Shown: positions 7,140 to 15,511, counted from the first letter of the stretch. The stretch: DNA of 17,547 bases from Promethearchaeota archaeon (GCA_027031765.1 JALVPN010000049.1:1-17547); one strand, 5' to 3'. A program made the numbers and translations. Notes: generated by a model from the sequence alone, not told the origin.

Positions 7140-8189
7140 TTGCGAAGGAAAAGCTCCACCGGCCTGATGCTGCTATTGCTGCTGGTCGCGGCATTCCCAA
7201 TAGTGGTGTCAGTGACCGCTGCCGACCGTCATGATGGTAGTTTTGTGCTGGTTGGCCCTCCCCCGTGGGTGGGTGGTGGCGGTGATGATGACACCACATA
7301 TCCGTGGCAGGACGACGACCCTGAGACACCATGGGGTATTGAGCGTGTCTTCAACGGTCAGTACTATGGCGACCAGTACACCACATCGGTCCAGGTGGCA
7401 ATACTTGACACGGGAGTTGACCTGGACCACCCCGACCTGGCAGCCAACATCGTATGGGCGGTAGACGCGACTGGTGGCAGGAGTGCGGACGACAAGAACG
7501 GTCATGGTACCCACTGTGCCGGCACCATTGGTGCGGTCAGGGACAACGCCGGTGTCGTCGGCATGTATGCCAACGTTGAGATCTACGCCATCAAGGTGCT
7601 GGGCAACGGTGGTCGTGGTGACTGGGCCGACCTTGTGAACGGGATATACCTTGCCTGCCAGGGCCCTGATGGGGTGGAGGGCACAGCAGATGACGCCGAT
7701 GTCATCAGCATGAGCCTTGGAGGCTCCTCGGCCCCGCAGGAGGTGCACGATGCCATCATCCATGCCTACAACCTCGGCATTGTGATTGTGGCGGCAGCAG
7801 GGAACGAGGGCGATGGCGATGCGTCAACGGACGAGATCTCGTACCCCGCAGCATACCCCGAAGTGATTGCTGTGGGCGCGACAGACAAGGACGACACCAT
7901 CGCATCATTCTCTAACAGCGGCCCGTACATCGAGGTCGCTGCACCCGGGGTCAACATCTACAGCACGTACAAGGGTGGTGGCTATGATACTCTCTCCGGC
8001 ACATCAATGGCCTGTCCTCACGTGGCCGGACTCGTCGCACTGATAATCGCGGTCCATGGCAAGATGCCCGTGGGCACGTTTGACGACACCGGTCAGGAGA
8101 CAGTCCGCGGCTACCTCCACAGTACGGCCCTTGACCTCGGCCCATCAGGATGGGACCCGGCATACGGCTATGGCCTGGTCCAGGCATGA
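7140..8189 (+). CDS. Secreted subtilisin-family S8 serine protease, Tk-subtilisin-like; start TTG 7140 (alternative GTG 7131)
   Basis: Catalytic motifs ILDTG, NGHGTH and GTSMACPH; oxyanion-hole AAGNEG; AGGTGA RBS at 7129-7134; signal peptide MRRKSSTGLMLLLLLVAAFPIVVSVTA; C-terminal PVGTFDD...TVRGYLHSTALDLGPSGWDPAYGYGLVQA closely resembles Thermococcus Tk-subtilisin as recalled. Confidence 0.95.
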   Translation: MRRKSSTGLMLLLLLVAAFPIVVSVTAADRHDGSFVLVGPPPWVGGGGDDDTTYPWQDDDPETPWGIERVFNGQYYGDQYTTSVQVAILDTGVDLDHPDLAANIVWAVDATGGRSADDKNGHGTHCAGTIGAVRDNAGVVGMYANVEIYAIKVLGNGGRGDWADLVNGIYLACQGPDGVEGTADDADVISMSLGGSSAPQEVHDAIIHAYNLGIVIVAAAGNEGDGDASTDEISYPAAYPEVIAVGATDKDDTIASFSNSGPYIEVAAPGVNIYSTYKGGGYDTLSGTSMACPHVAGLVALIIAVHGKMPVGTFDDTGQETVRGYLHSTALDLGPSGWDPAYGYGLVQA

Positions 8190-8249
8190 GGTGTGCGTGC
8201 ACAAGGACACCTCTCACTCGGGACAGATAGGGGTCTGATGGCCCCACTG

Positions 8250-8263
8250 TCCTCCTCTTTTTC
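8250..8263 (+). terminator. Possible pyrimidine/oligo-T terminator of the protease gene
   Basis: TCCTCCTCTTTTTC about 60 nt after the stop codon. Confidence 0.3.
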
Positions 8264-8604
8264 GGTCCCAGTACTCTCTCTGTCATGCCACTCCTGTCTG
8301 GCCGACCAGCTCGGGGCCCAAGCGGACAGCGTGATATGGCAATGGGGCTACAGAGAGCACCCGGGAGAGTCCTGCCAACACTCATGGTATCATCATGCAG
8401 TCCAGATCCCGGGTATCCTGTGACTGTACGGCCCGGACTGACGGTGCCACAAGGTGGCCCACGGCGCAAATGGCGCAGTCACGACTGGGCGGGCAGACCG
8501 GGCTGACAGGCCGGACAGAGGACTGGTCACGGTGGCCGCGTCCAGCACTGGCAATACCGCGGGTCTCTGTTGTGGCGCTCGCAGTAGACGGACATGCTCG
8601 CACG

Positions 8605-9570
8605 TCAGTCGCGCGCCGTGATACTGCACCTCAGGCCGACCCCGCATGGTACAAATGCGTCCGGCAGTGCCCTCTCAAAGGCCCGCTGTGCCGCGTGGCC
8701 GGAACAGTGGCACGGCACCACAAGGGTGGGACCGAACGACCTGACATCGCTCACCGTGCGGGCAGTCCTGGTCTCAGCACCACGGCCAACAAGGTGGAGG
8801 CCGCCGACGACTCCATACACAGGGGCCCCGGTCAGACGCCTCACCTCGTGGAGGATGTTGACGATACCGGCATGACTGCAACCTGTAACGACCACTGCGC
8901 CGCGACCACGGACGACCCCCACGAGGAACCTGTCGTCGGGAATCCGTTCGTCCGGCACCCAGCGCCCCCTCTCATAGGCAACATGCCCCTTGAAGCCCTG
9001 TTCGTACTCTGTGACCCTTGGGACCGGGCCACTGGCCAGAAGCGTACCGCCCGCCAGGGGTACGGGCCCCTCGCGTGTGTCAAGTCTCACCGACGGCTGC
9101 TCGATGCTATCGGGGCCGGGTATGGGGTCGAGTTCACGGAGCCGCTGCCTGCCGCCCGACTCCTCTACAACCGCCCGTCGTCTGAACGCTGTGGCCATGA
9201 TGTAGACTGTGGTGGGGCGCGACACCTGAGAGACCACCCACTCAAGGCCGCCCATGTGGTCCCAGTGGCCGTGCGAGACCACGACCGCCTCGATATCACT
9301 GAGGTCGATACCGAGCACATCCACGTTGTGTGATATGACCTGCGGACTTGGGCCCGTGTCGTACAGTACCCTGTGCACCTCCCCGTCGGTCTGGGTCGTC
9401 ACGAGGGCTGCAAAGCCGTGTGCAGCGATGAGCCTGCCAGTCTTGCGTCCCTGCGCCCATGAGCCCGGGGCCGCTACATTGGGGTGTGTCCGTGGCGCGC
9501 CCACGGAGACCACATTGTCAACGAGTACTGTGACCTCAATCGAGTCGACCGTGCGCAGGGCCGTGCCCAC
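8605..9570 (-). CDS. MBL-fold metallo-hydrolase, DHPS-like (MJ0301/EC 2.5.1.105-like) subfamily
   Basis: VTVLVDN, AHGFAALV, VLYDTG, SHGHWDHMGG (HxHxDH), TGCSHAG, GGLHL and PCHCSG motifs; GAGGAGGGG RBS before GTG. Confidence 0.88.
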   Translation of the reverse strand: MGTALRTVDSIEVTVLVDNVVSVGAPRTHPNVAAPGSWAQGRKTGRLIAAHGFAALVTTQTDGEVHRVLYDTGPSPQVISHNVDVLGIDLSDIEAVVVSHGHWDHMGGLEWVVSQVSRPTTVYIMATAFRRRAVVEESGGRQRLRELDPIPGPDSIEQPSVRLDTREGPVPLAGGTLLASGPVPRVTEYEQGFKGHVAYERGRWVPDERIPDDRFLVGVVRGRGAVVVTGCSHAGIVNILHEVRRLTGAPVYGVVGGLHLVGRGAETRTARTVSDVRSFGPTLVVPCHCSGHAAQRAFERALPDAFVPCGVGLRCSITARD

Positions 9571-9581
9571 ACACCCCCTCC

Positions 9582-10004
9582 TCAGAGCACCATATGGTCC
9601 AGGCCCATCTCCCGCAGTACCTCTGGAAAGACCTTGAACAACGGCTTGATCTTGGACAGCAGGCCGAGTGCCTTTGCGACAGACCCCTGGAGCTTGACCT
9701 GTCCGCGGGCCATCGCGAGCGTGGTGTTGAGCTTGCCCTGCCAGAACCTGTTCGTGGTCTCCGAGGTGCTCCAGACGGCAATCTCCGGCTCGATATCGGA
9801 GTCGAAGGACATTGTCCCGACGTTGCCGTCCTCATCAGGGTCACGGAAGTTGATTGTGACATGCAGCTCTGGCTGTTCGATATCGAAACGCACGACGACC
9901 CGTGACTTCCGGAGCTTCTCCATTACGTCCGCGTGCTCCTGGGCACGCTCCCAGAACCTCTCAAAGACCTCTCTCAGTTGTTCGCTGCTCTCAAAGTACG
10001 GCAA
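9582..10004 (-). CDS. Stand-alone SCP2 sterol/lipid-binding domain protein (140 aa); start re-set to TTG 10004
   Basis: MPYFESSEQLREVF...FWQGKLNTTLAMARGQVKLQGSVAKALGL is the SCP2 C-terminal signature; GGTGGA RBS-like sequence upstream of TTG. Confidence 0.82.
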   Translation of the reverse strand: MPYFESSEQLREVFERFWERAQEHADVMEKLRKSRVVVRFDIEQPELHVTINFRDPDEDGNVGTMSFDSDIEPEIAVWSTSETTNRFWQGKLNTTLAMARGQVKLQGSVAKALGLLSKIKPLFKVFPEVLREMGLDHMVL

Positions 10005-10045
10005 GGTAGTCCACCATATCCATGACCATAGTGACACCGGTGGGT

Positions 10046-10058
10046 TGAAAGTCTTTCG
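10046..10058. promoter_or_regulatory. 13-bp palindrome TGAAA-GTC-TTTCG, putative Lrp/FFRP operator upstream of the SCP2-MBL operon
   Basis: Same GAAA-N3-TTTC core as the sites at 11640-11652 and 11681-11693; 42 nt upstream of the SCP2 start. Confidence 0.5.
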
Positions 10059-10281
10059 AGTCGGGAAAGCGGCTGGGCACTGCTGCCACAGGCAAGTGCA
10101 CATGGGAGGAGAGCAACAGGCCCATGTAGACGCAAGTGGCTGCGGAGACCGCATCCGTGTGAGACGTACGATGTCAGTGACAGCAGGCAGCTGCTGGGGA
10201 CGAGGCCTCTACGCGGTGGCCGCCGGAAGGGGCGTTCGCCTGCCGACCGACCACCACAGGCACACGCCTGGAGCAGAGGCC

Positions 10282-11592
10282 TCAGTTGAGCAACAGGTAA
10301 CGTCCAATCTCCCAGCGGGTGGTGTCTGTAGCGTTGTGACCTCCAGAGGCAAGGTACTCGTCATATTCTCGCCGCTTGAGCCTGATGAAGGTCTCGACCA
10401 GTGGTGCACCCAGCGCATCCCTCAGGACAGTGTCCTCCGAGAGGGCATCGAGGGCCTCTGGCAGGGCCGATGGCAGTCCGTCGGCGCCTGGGACCTCACT
10501 ATGGTAGAGGTCCTCGGAAGTGGGTTCGGGCGGCTCCAGCTCTTCACGCACACCGTGCAGTCCTGCAGCCAGTGTTGCTGCCATTGCCAAGTGCGGGCTG
10601 CACAGTGGGTCCGGACACCTGATCTCCACCCTGACAGACGAGGAGGCTCGGGCATAGGGTACACGCACCAGGGTCGTCCTGTTCCGGGGGCCCCACGCAA
10701 TCCTTGTGGGTGCCTCGAAGCCAGGTGCGAGCCTCTTGAAGGAGTTCACAGTGGAGGACAGGAGTGCAGCCAGGGCCGGTGCGTGTTCCAGGATGCCTGC
10801 CACATAGTGACGGGCAAGTGGAGAGAGAGCGGGCCGCCCGTCGGTTGCGAACAGGTTCGTCCGCATGTCGGTGGTCCACAGGCTCTGGTGCATATGGAGG
10901 CCACTGCCGTTCATGTCAGGGAAGGGCTTTGGCATGAATGTTGCAATGAGGCCCTGTCTTGTTGCCAGCTCGGAGATCACAATCCGTGCCAGCAGCAGCC
11001 TGTCAGCAGTGGTCTTGAAGCCATCATGACGTATCCCTATCTCGTGCTGGCCCATGGCGACCTCGTGGTGGTGGCCTGTGGTCGGGACGCTCATTGCGTG
11101 GAGCGTGCGCACTGCAAGGCGTCTGAACTCCACACCCCCATCTAGAGGGGGCGTGACGAAGTATCCCCCACGGTCTGCTGGTACGACTCCGGCCTCGGAT
11201 CTGCGCACGAGGAAGAACTCGAGCTCGCAGCCCGCGACTGGTGACACACCGAGCTCTCCGGCCTCCTCCAGCACCCGGCTGAGGACGTTGCGGGGGTCAC
11301 AGGGATGGGGACGACCATCGACACCGTACACCGAGCACAGGGCCACCGATACTGAGGGGTCCCAGGGCAGCGTCAGGAGCCCTTTCCGTTCCACCCTGAG
11401 CATGAGGTCGCTGGCGTTCACATCCGCATAGCCCGGGATGCTTGAGCCATCGAAGAATACGTAGTCATCGTCGAGGGAGTCGAAGTGGTCGCGCGACATC
11501 TCGACATTCCTCGCACAGCCGACAATGTCACTGAAGACCAGCTCCACAAAGTCCCGACATGCTTGACTGTGAAATGGTGTGTCCTGTGGCAT
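10282..11592 (-). CDS. glnA: Glutamine synthetase type I (alpha-like); start ATG 11592 (alternative GTG 11598)
   Basis: FDGSSI, ELEFFL, GGYF, HHEVAMGQHEI, ATFMPKP..NGSGLH, NSFKRLAPGFEAP, NRTTLVRVP and RVEIR motifs, with the catalytic and metal ligands intact. Confidence 0.85.
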   Translation of the reverse strand: MPQDTPFHSQACRDFVELVFSDIVGCARNVEMSRDHFDSLDDDYVFFDGSSIPGYADVNASDLMLRVERKGLLTLPWDPSVSVALCSVYGVDGRPHPCDPRNVLSRVLEEAGELGVSPVAGCELEFFLVRRSEAGVVPADRGGYFVTPPLDGGVEFRRLAVRTLHAMSVPTTGHHHEVAMGQHEIGIRHDGFKTTADRLLLARIVISELATRQGLIATFMPKPFPDMNGSGLHMHQSLWTTDMRTNLFATDGRPALSPLARHYVAGILEHAPALAALLSSTVNSFKRLAPGFEAPTRIAWGPRNRTTLVRVPYARASSSVRVEIRCPDPLCSPHLAMAATLAAGLHGVREELEPPEPTSEDLYHSEVPGADGLPSALPEALDALSEDTVLRDALGAPLVETFIRLKRREYDEYLASGGHNATDTTRWEIGRYLLLN

Positions 11593-11616
11593 ATTCACGT
11601 GAGCGACGGAGCACCG

Positions 11617-11693
11617 TATAATATTTTCCCACGAAATGCGGAAAATATTTCAATTGTGTTCGGTACTTCAGGCCCATGACCGAAAACATTTCG
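11617..11693. promoter_or_regulatory. Divergent glnA/Lrp promoter region with a 10-bp inverted repeat and Lrp-type palindromes
   Basis: AT-rich island; AATATTTTCC (11620-11629) and GGAAAATATT (11640-11649) form a perfect inverted repeat; GGAAA-ATA-TTTCA (11640-11652); CGAAA-ACA-TTTCG (11681-11693); TATA-like TATTATA on the minus strand about 25 nt before ATG 11592. Confidence 0.7.
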
Positions 11694-12182
11694 AGAGCCC
11701 TGGACGAGTGCGACCTCCAGATACTGGCCCTCCTCCAGGAGGACTGCAAGATGGGGATGGCCGAGATTGCACGTCGTGTCGGCAAGGGGGTCTCGACAGT
11801 GCACTCGCGGATAAAGGCCATGGAAGAGAGCGGGGTGATCCGCAAGTACACTGCAGTCCTCGACCCCACTGCACTTGGCCGCTCGACGCTCGCCTTCATC
11901 TTCATCAGGATACGCTACAGGGTGCCGGGACAGCGCTCACTCGTGTCCCAGAGGGAGTTCTGTGAGAACATTGCAAAGGAACCTCTCGTACAGGGAGTGT
12001 ACATTGTGAGCGGCGAGTACGACGTGATGCTGAAGGTGCGTACAAGAGATGTCGCCGAGATGAACAGTTTCATTGTGGACAAGCTGCGTGGGATCCCAGC
12101 TGTCGAACGTACGCTCACAATGTTCGTCATGGACAAGTACCTGGAAACGCTGGAGGTGCGTGGGCTGGGCGACCTGCCGTGA
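11676..12182 (+). CDS. Lrp/AsnC family transcriptional regulator
   Basis: LDECDLQILALLQEDCKMGMAEIARRVG..STVHSRIKAMEESGVIRKYTAVLDP HTH, and a C-terminal RAM domain (VSGEYDVMLKVRTRD...LRGIPAVERTLTMFV). Confidence 0.95.
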   Translation: MTENISRALDECDLQILALLQEDCKMGMAEIARRVGKGVSTVHSRIKAMEESGVIRKYTAVLDPTALGRSTLAFIFIRIRYRVPGQRSLVSQREFCENIAKEPLVQGVYIVSGEYDVMLKVRTRDVAEMNSFIVDKLRGIPAVERTLTMFVMDKYLETLEVRGLGDLP

Positions 12183-12213
12183 CAGGCCCGGTCAGCCCGA
12201 CTGACACGCACGC

Positions 12214-13191
12214 CTAGAGCTGTTCCTTGGCCTCCTTCCGGGACACGCCCTTGTAGAGGAGGACAAGCCCCAGCAGTGACAGCATGCCTCCAGAGACCAC
12301 GCCCCCAGCAGGGAACAGCGTGGTGCCGAACACTCCGAACGCGAGGCCCAGGAGACCGCCACCGACACCAAGTAGCACGAGGCCGGAGAGTATAGCGGCA
12401 GCCCTGAACGTCACAGAGCGCGGGTACTTGGCCTCGATGACGTAGCCGGTCGCCGCTGAGACCGAGGCCCTGTACTTACTGTTGCCGTACCTGTAGGTCA
12501 GCTCCCAGACAGGGACGTGGATGAGGTGGGTCTCACCGACATCGATGTCGTCGTGTCGCGAGTCGACCTGGACGACCTCGTCCATTATCAGTGCGGTCTG
12601 GAGGTCGAACGCCCTCTTGCGTGCAAACTCCCGTGCCTGTTCCTCGGAGACCTGGCTGTGGAGCACCTTGCCGTCGAACTCCTCGGCATGGGCATGGCTG
12701 AAGTACTCTTTGGCCCGGGTGGGGATTGGGAAATTGGCGACGTCCTCGTCTATGTCCTTGACGGCTGGGAGGACGATCTCATAGCGCCTGGTGAACTCGC
12801 CGGACTCGGGCTTCAGGAAGAAGTCGATGCGCTTGTAGGCCCCGGGCCTCTGTGGCCACTCGTCGTAGAACCGTGCGTCACGACCAAAGCCCTTGTACCT
12901 GGAGTGTGCGTCGACACGGCTCACCCAGAAGGGATAGAACACGAGCTCGCTCTTGACGAACCGTGCCCGCGCTGCCAGGTCTTCGGGGGCGCCCAGCTGT
13001 TTCGACACCCAGTCCAGGAGCGTGGTCTGTGCCTCGCTCTGGTCGAAGTGGACACGGATCATGTAGTGGTCCTTGAACTTGGCACCCTTGACCGTCTGGG
13101 CAGTCCCACAGTACGGGCACACCAGGAGCAGGTCGCCAGGGCCAGCCTCGAAATCAGCATCACAGAATGCACACCTTGCCATTTCAGTCAC
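12214..13191 (-). CDS. Double Zn-ribbon protein with two C-terminal transmembrane helices (paralog B); alternative start ATG 13182
   Basis: CAFC and CPYC Zn knuckles, FYPFW and HVPVW motifs, hydrophobic C-terminal hairpin, strong RBS. Confidence 0.8.
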   Translation of the reverse strand: MTEMARCAFCDADFEAGPGDLLLVCPYCGTAQTVKGAKFKDHYMIRVHFDQSEAQTTLLDWVSKQLGAPEDLAARARFVKSELVFYPFWVSRVDAHSRYKGFGRDARFYDEWPQRPGAYKRIDFFLKPESGEFTRRYEIVLPAVKDIDEDVANFPIPTRAKEYFSHAHAEEFDGKVLHSQVSEEQAREFARKRAFDLQTALIMDEVVQVDSRHDDIDVGETHLIHVPVWELTYRYGNSKYRASVSAATGYVIEAKYPRSVTFRAAAILSGLVLLGVGGGLLGLAFGVFGTTLFPAGGVVSGGMLSLLGLVLLYKGVSRKEAKEQL

Positions 13192-13216
13192 CTACCTCCT
13201 TCTACACCTCCATCGT

Positions 13217-14245
13217 CTACCCCTTCTTCTCCCTCTGCGTCATCAGCAGCACCCTGAAGCCAAAGACCCCCATCAGCACACCGAGCAGCGCAAGGCCGCC
13301 GCCCAGCGCAGTGGTCGCCATCTCGTCGGCTGCGAGTGCCCAGTATGCCATTTCCGCACCATAACCGGCCACTATGACGCCCAGGAAGCCGACAATGGTC
13401 CACAGTGCACGCTGGCCCTTTGTGATGGGTATCTCACCGACGACCACGCGTCCCGTGCGGCCGTCAATGGCACACTTGTACAGGTCACCCTGGAACTTGT
13501 AGCGGATAAGGGAGAACGGCGCCTGGAGGTATGTCGTCCCACGTACCTGGGTCTCAGTGCGGCAGTCGAAGAGCTCAGTGAGGCCCGCCTTTGCCTCTGC
13601 GCGGTGCCTGTCAGCCACCCTGCTGTGCACTGCCTTCTCGAACTCCTCCTGGCCAATCTCGGCATTGAGCATCGTTGGCTCGAGATCCTTTATCTTGTTG
13701 AAGTCGTAGGGCTCGGTCTCGCTGATGTCGATTGTCTCAAGGTACTCTTCGAGGCCGTAGAAACGTGCGCCCTTCCTTGCAAGCAGGCTCTCCTGGGTGT
13801 CCGTGTTGATTGTGTCCTCGACGGGCACGTACCCTGTTTCATAGTCCGTATAGGTCTCGGTCCTCGTCCTGCCATCAGCATCAGTGACCGTACGGGTCTT
13901 TGTCACAGGTACCTGCACGGTCTTGTAGCCCTTGTACCAGGTATTGGCCTTCACCCTAGCGGTCCACACGGGGACGTAGATCAGACGGTTCTCTACCACC
14001 TCGGCCTTCTTGGGCAGAGACTTGTTGAACCCCTTGTTCTTGTCCAAGAACTCTCGGAAGCCCGCCTCACGCCTGCTCGCGTCCACGGCGGTCTCCATAA
14101 GGTGGTCACCAATCGCCTTGCCCTCGATGGTAGTCGTGCTACCACAGTAAGAGCAGGTGATCACAACGTCGTCAGGTCCCACCTTTACATTACCATTGCA
14201 GACGGGGCATTTGAACACCTTGCCCACTTGCGACTCGGAACCCAT
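13217..14245 (-). CDS. Double Zn-ribbon protein with two C-terminal transmembrane helices (paralog A)
   Basis: CPVC and CSYC knuckles, IYVPVW motif, YKFQGDLYKCAIDGRTGRVV motif, two C-terminal hydrophobic helices. Confidence 0.8.
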   Translation of the reverse strand: MGSESQVGKVFKCPVCNGNVKVGPDDVVITCSYCGSTTTIEGKAIGDHLMETAVDASRREAGFREFLDKNKGFNKSLPKKAEVVENRLIYVPVWTARVKANTWYKGYKTVQVPVTKTRTVTDADGRTRTETYTDYETGYVPVEDTINTDTQESLLARKGARFYGLEEYLETIDISETEPYDFNKIKDLEPTMLNAEIGQEEFEKAVHSRVADRHRAEAKAGLTELFDCRTETQVRGTTYLQAPFSLIRYKFQGDLYKCAIDGRTGRVVVGEIPITKGQRALWTIVGFLGVIVAGYGAEMAYWALAADEMATTALGGGLALLGVLMGVFGFRVLLMTQREKKG

Positions 14246-14539
14246 TTGTGCATGTGCTCCAGAACAGTTTCTCAGTGGTAGAGACGTGCGCCACGCTATT
14301 ATTGGTTGCGGTGACCAATCCGCCAGTGCTGACGGGCCCTACTACCATGGTCGTGACTGGTACGTGCCCATGCATGCACCAGTCGGCACTGGCATCATGA
14401 CAGAGGGCCCACCACCTGGACCGCGCGGATGGCTGCCGTGCCTGTCCGTGTACGTCTGCTGGACGCACCGGCCGACAGCTGCGATAGAGGGGGCGTCCAC
14501 ACACGTGTGGCGCGGGGCATGCGGCCTGACACTGGTCGG

Positions 14540-15481
14540 CTATAGGACAGACCCAAATATGTCGGCCAGCAACTCGAGCTGATGTACCTCGTCACCGTGA
14601 GGGAACATCATGATGAGGTGCTCAATGTCGACATCTGCGTACTCTCCGAGCCTGGCCTCCACCTCGTCGGGGGTCCCGTACAGGCCGCCTGACGTCCTCC
14701 GGAGGTACGCGTCCACAGACATCCCCTTTGCCCTTGCAGCCCTCTCGACATAGGCGTCCATCTGCGAGCTGTCTTCAAAAATCCTCGTCCAGACGCCGAT
14801 AGACCGTTTCAGTGCATGCTCACGACCATACTTGTCGGCATACGCATCGAGCTCCTCGAAGATGCGCCTGCAGTCCCCGGGCGAGAACGACCATGCGACA
14901 TTTAGGCCATCAGCATGACGGGCAGCGACCTGGAGCATCATTGGTCCAGCCCTCATCGTGCCCACCCAGACCGTGGGGTGTGGTCTCTGGTGCGGCTTGG
15001 GTACAGATACGAGGTCTTCGACAGAGTAATACCTACCGGTGAACGAGAAGCGCTCCTCGGTTCACGCACCCTTGATGACGTGTAGGGCCTCGTCCAGCTG
15101 TTCGATGCGCGTCCTTGCTGGGGGGAACGGGTAACCGTACGTGCGGTAGTCGAGCTCTTTCCAGCCGGCACCAATCCCGAACTCGAGACGTCCACTGGAC
15201 AACACGTCAATGGTCGCACACATCTTTGCAAGGAGTGCCGGGTTGCGGTATGAGTTGCAGAACACAAGGCCCCCCACCCGGACCTCTCGGGCATCTCTCG
15301 CGAGGGCTGTCATGAGGAGCAGCGGGTCTAGCAGGACCCTGTCCGTGGCATCCCTGTCCAGCAGGAGGTGGTCCGAGAACCAGATGTTGAAGACCCCGAC
15401 CTTCAAGGCCAGGTCTGCAATCGCCAGCACTTCCCCGTACTCGAAGCCGAACTGCGGCTCGATCTGCACGCCGAGTCTCAT
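14540..15481 (-). pseudogene. LLM-class (probably F420-dependent, Rv1855c-like) oxidoreductase interrupted by an in-frame TGA at 15062-15064
   Basis: MRLGVQIEPQ, WFSDHL, CNSYRNPALLAKMCATIDVLSSGRLEFGIGAGW; after IKGA-TGA the same frame continues TEERFSFTGRYYSVEDLVSVPKPHQRPHPTVWVG into ORF 14540-14965. Confidence 0.85.
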
Positions 15482-15511
15482 CCATATCCCCTTGCCGTGC
15501 ACGCGGCAGGG

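Noticed and set aside
8190-8604. Possible small gene or RNA gene in the protease-MBL gap
   Set aside because: ORFs of 73-84 aa lack motifs and RBSs; I found no tRNA cloverleaf or other recognisable RNA structure.
9484-11145. 553-aa plus-strand ORF
   Set aside because: Antisense shadow of glnA and SCP2; no motifs and a Cys/Arg/Ser-rich composition typical of GC-rich off-frame reading.
12517-14281. Long plus-strand ORFs 12517-13257 and 13073-14281
   Set aside because: Antisense to the two Zn-ribbon genes, which carry coherent motifs and RBSs.
15062-15064. TGA as selenocysteine, or a genome-wide UGA=Trp code
   Set aside because: The position corresponds to Trp, not Cys, and I saw no SECIS. 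TGA is used as a true stop in several genes here (286, 4875, 8187, 17144).
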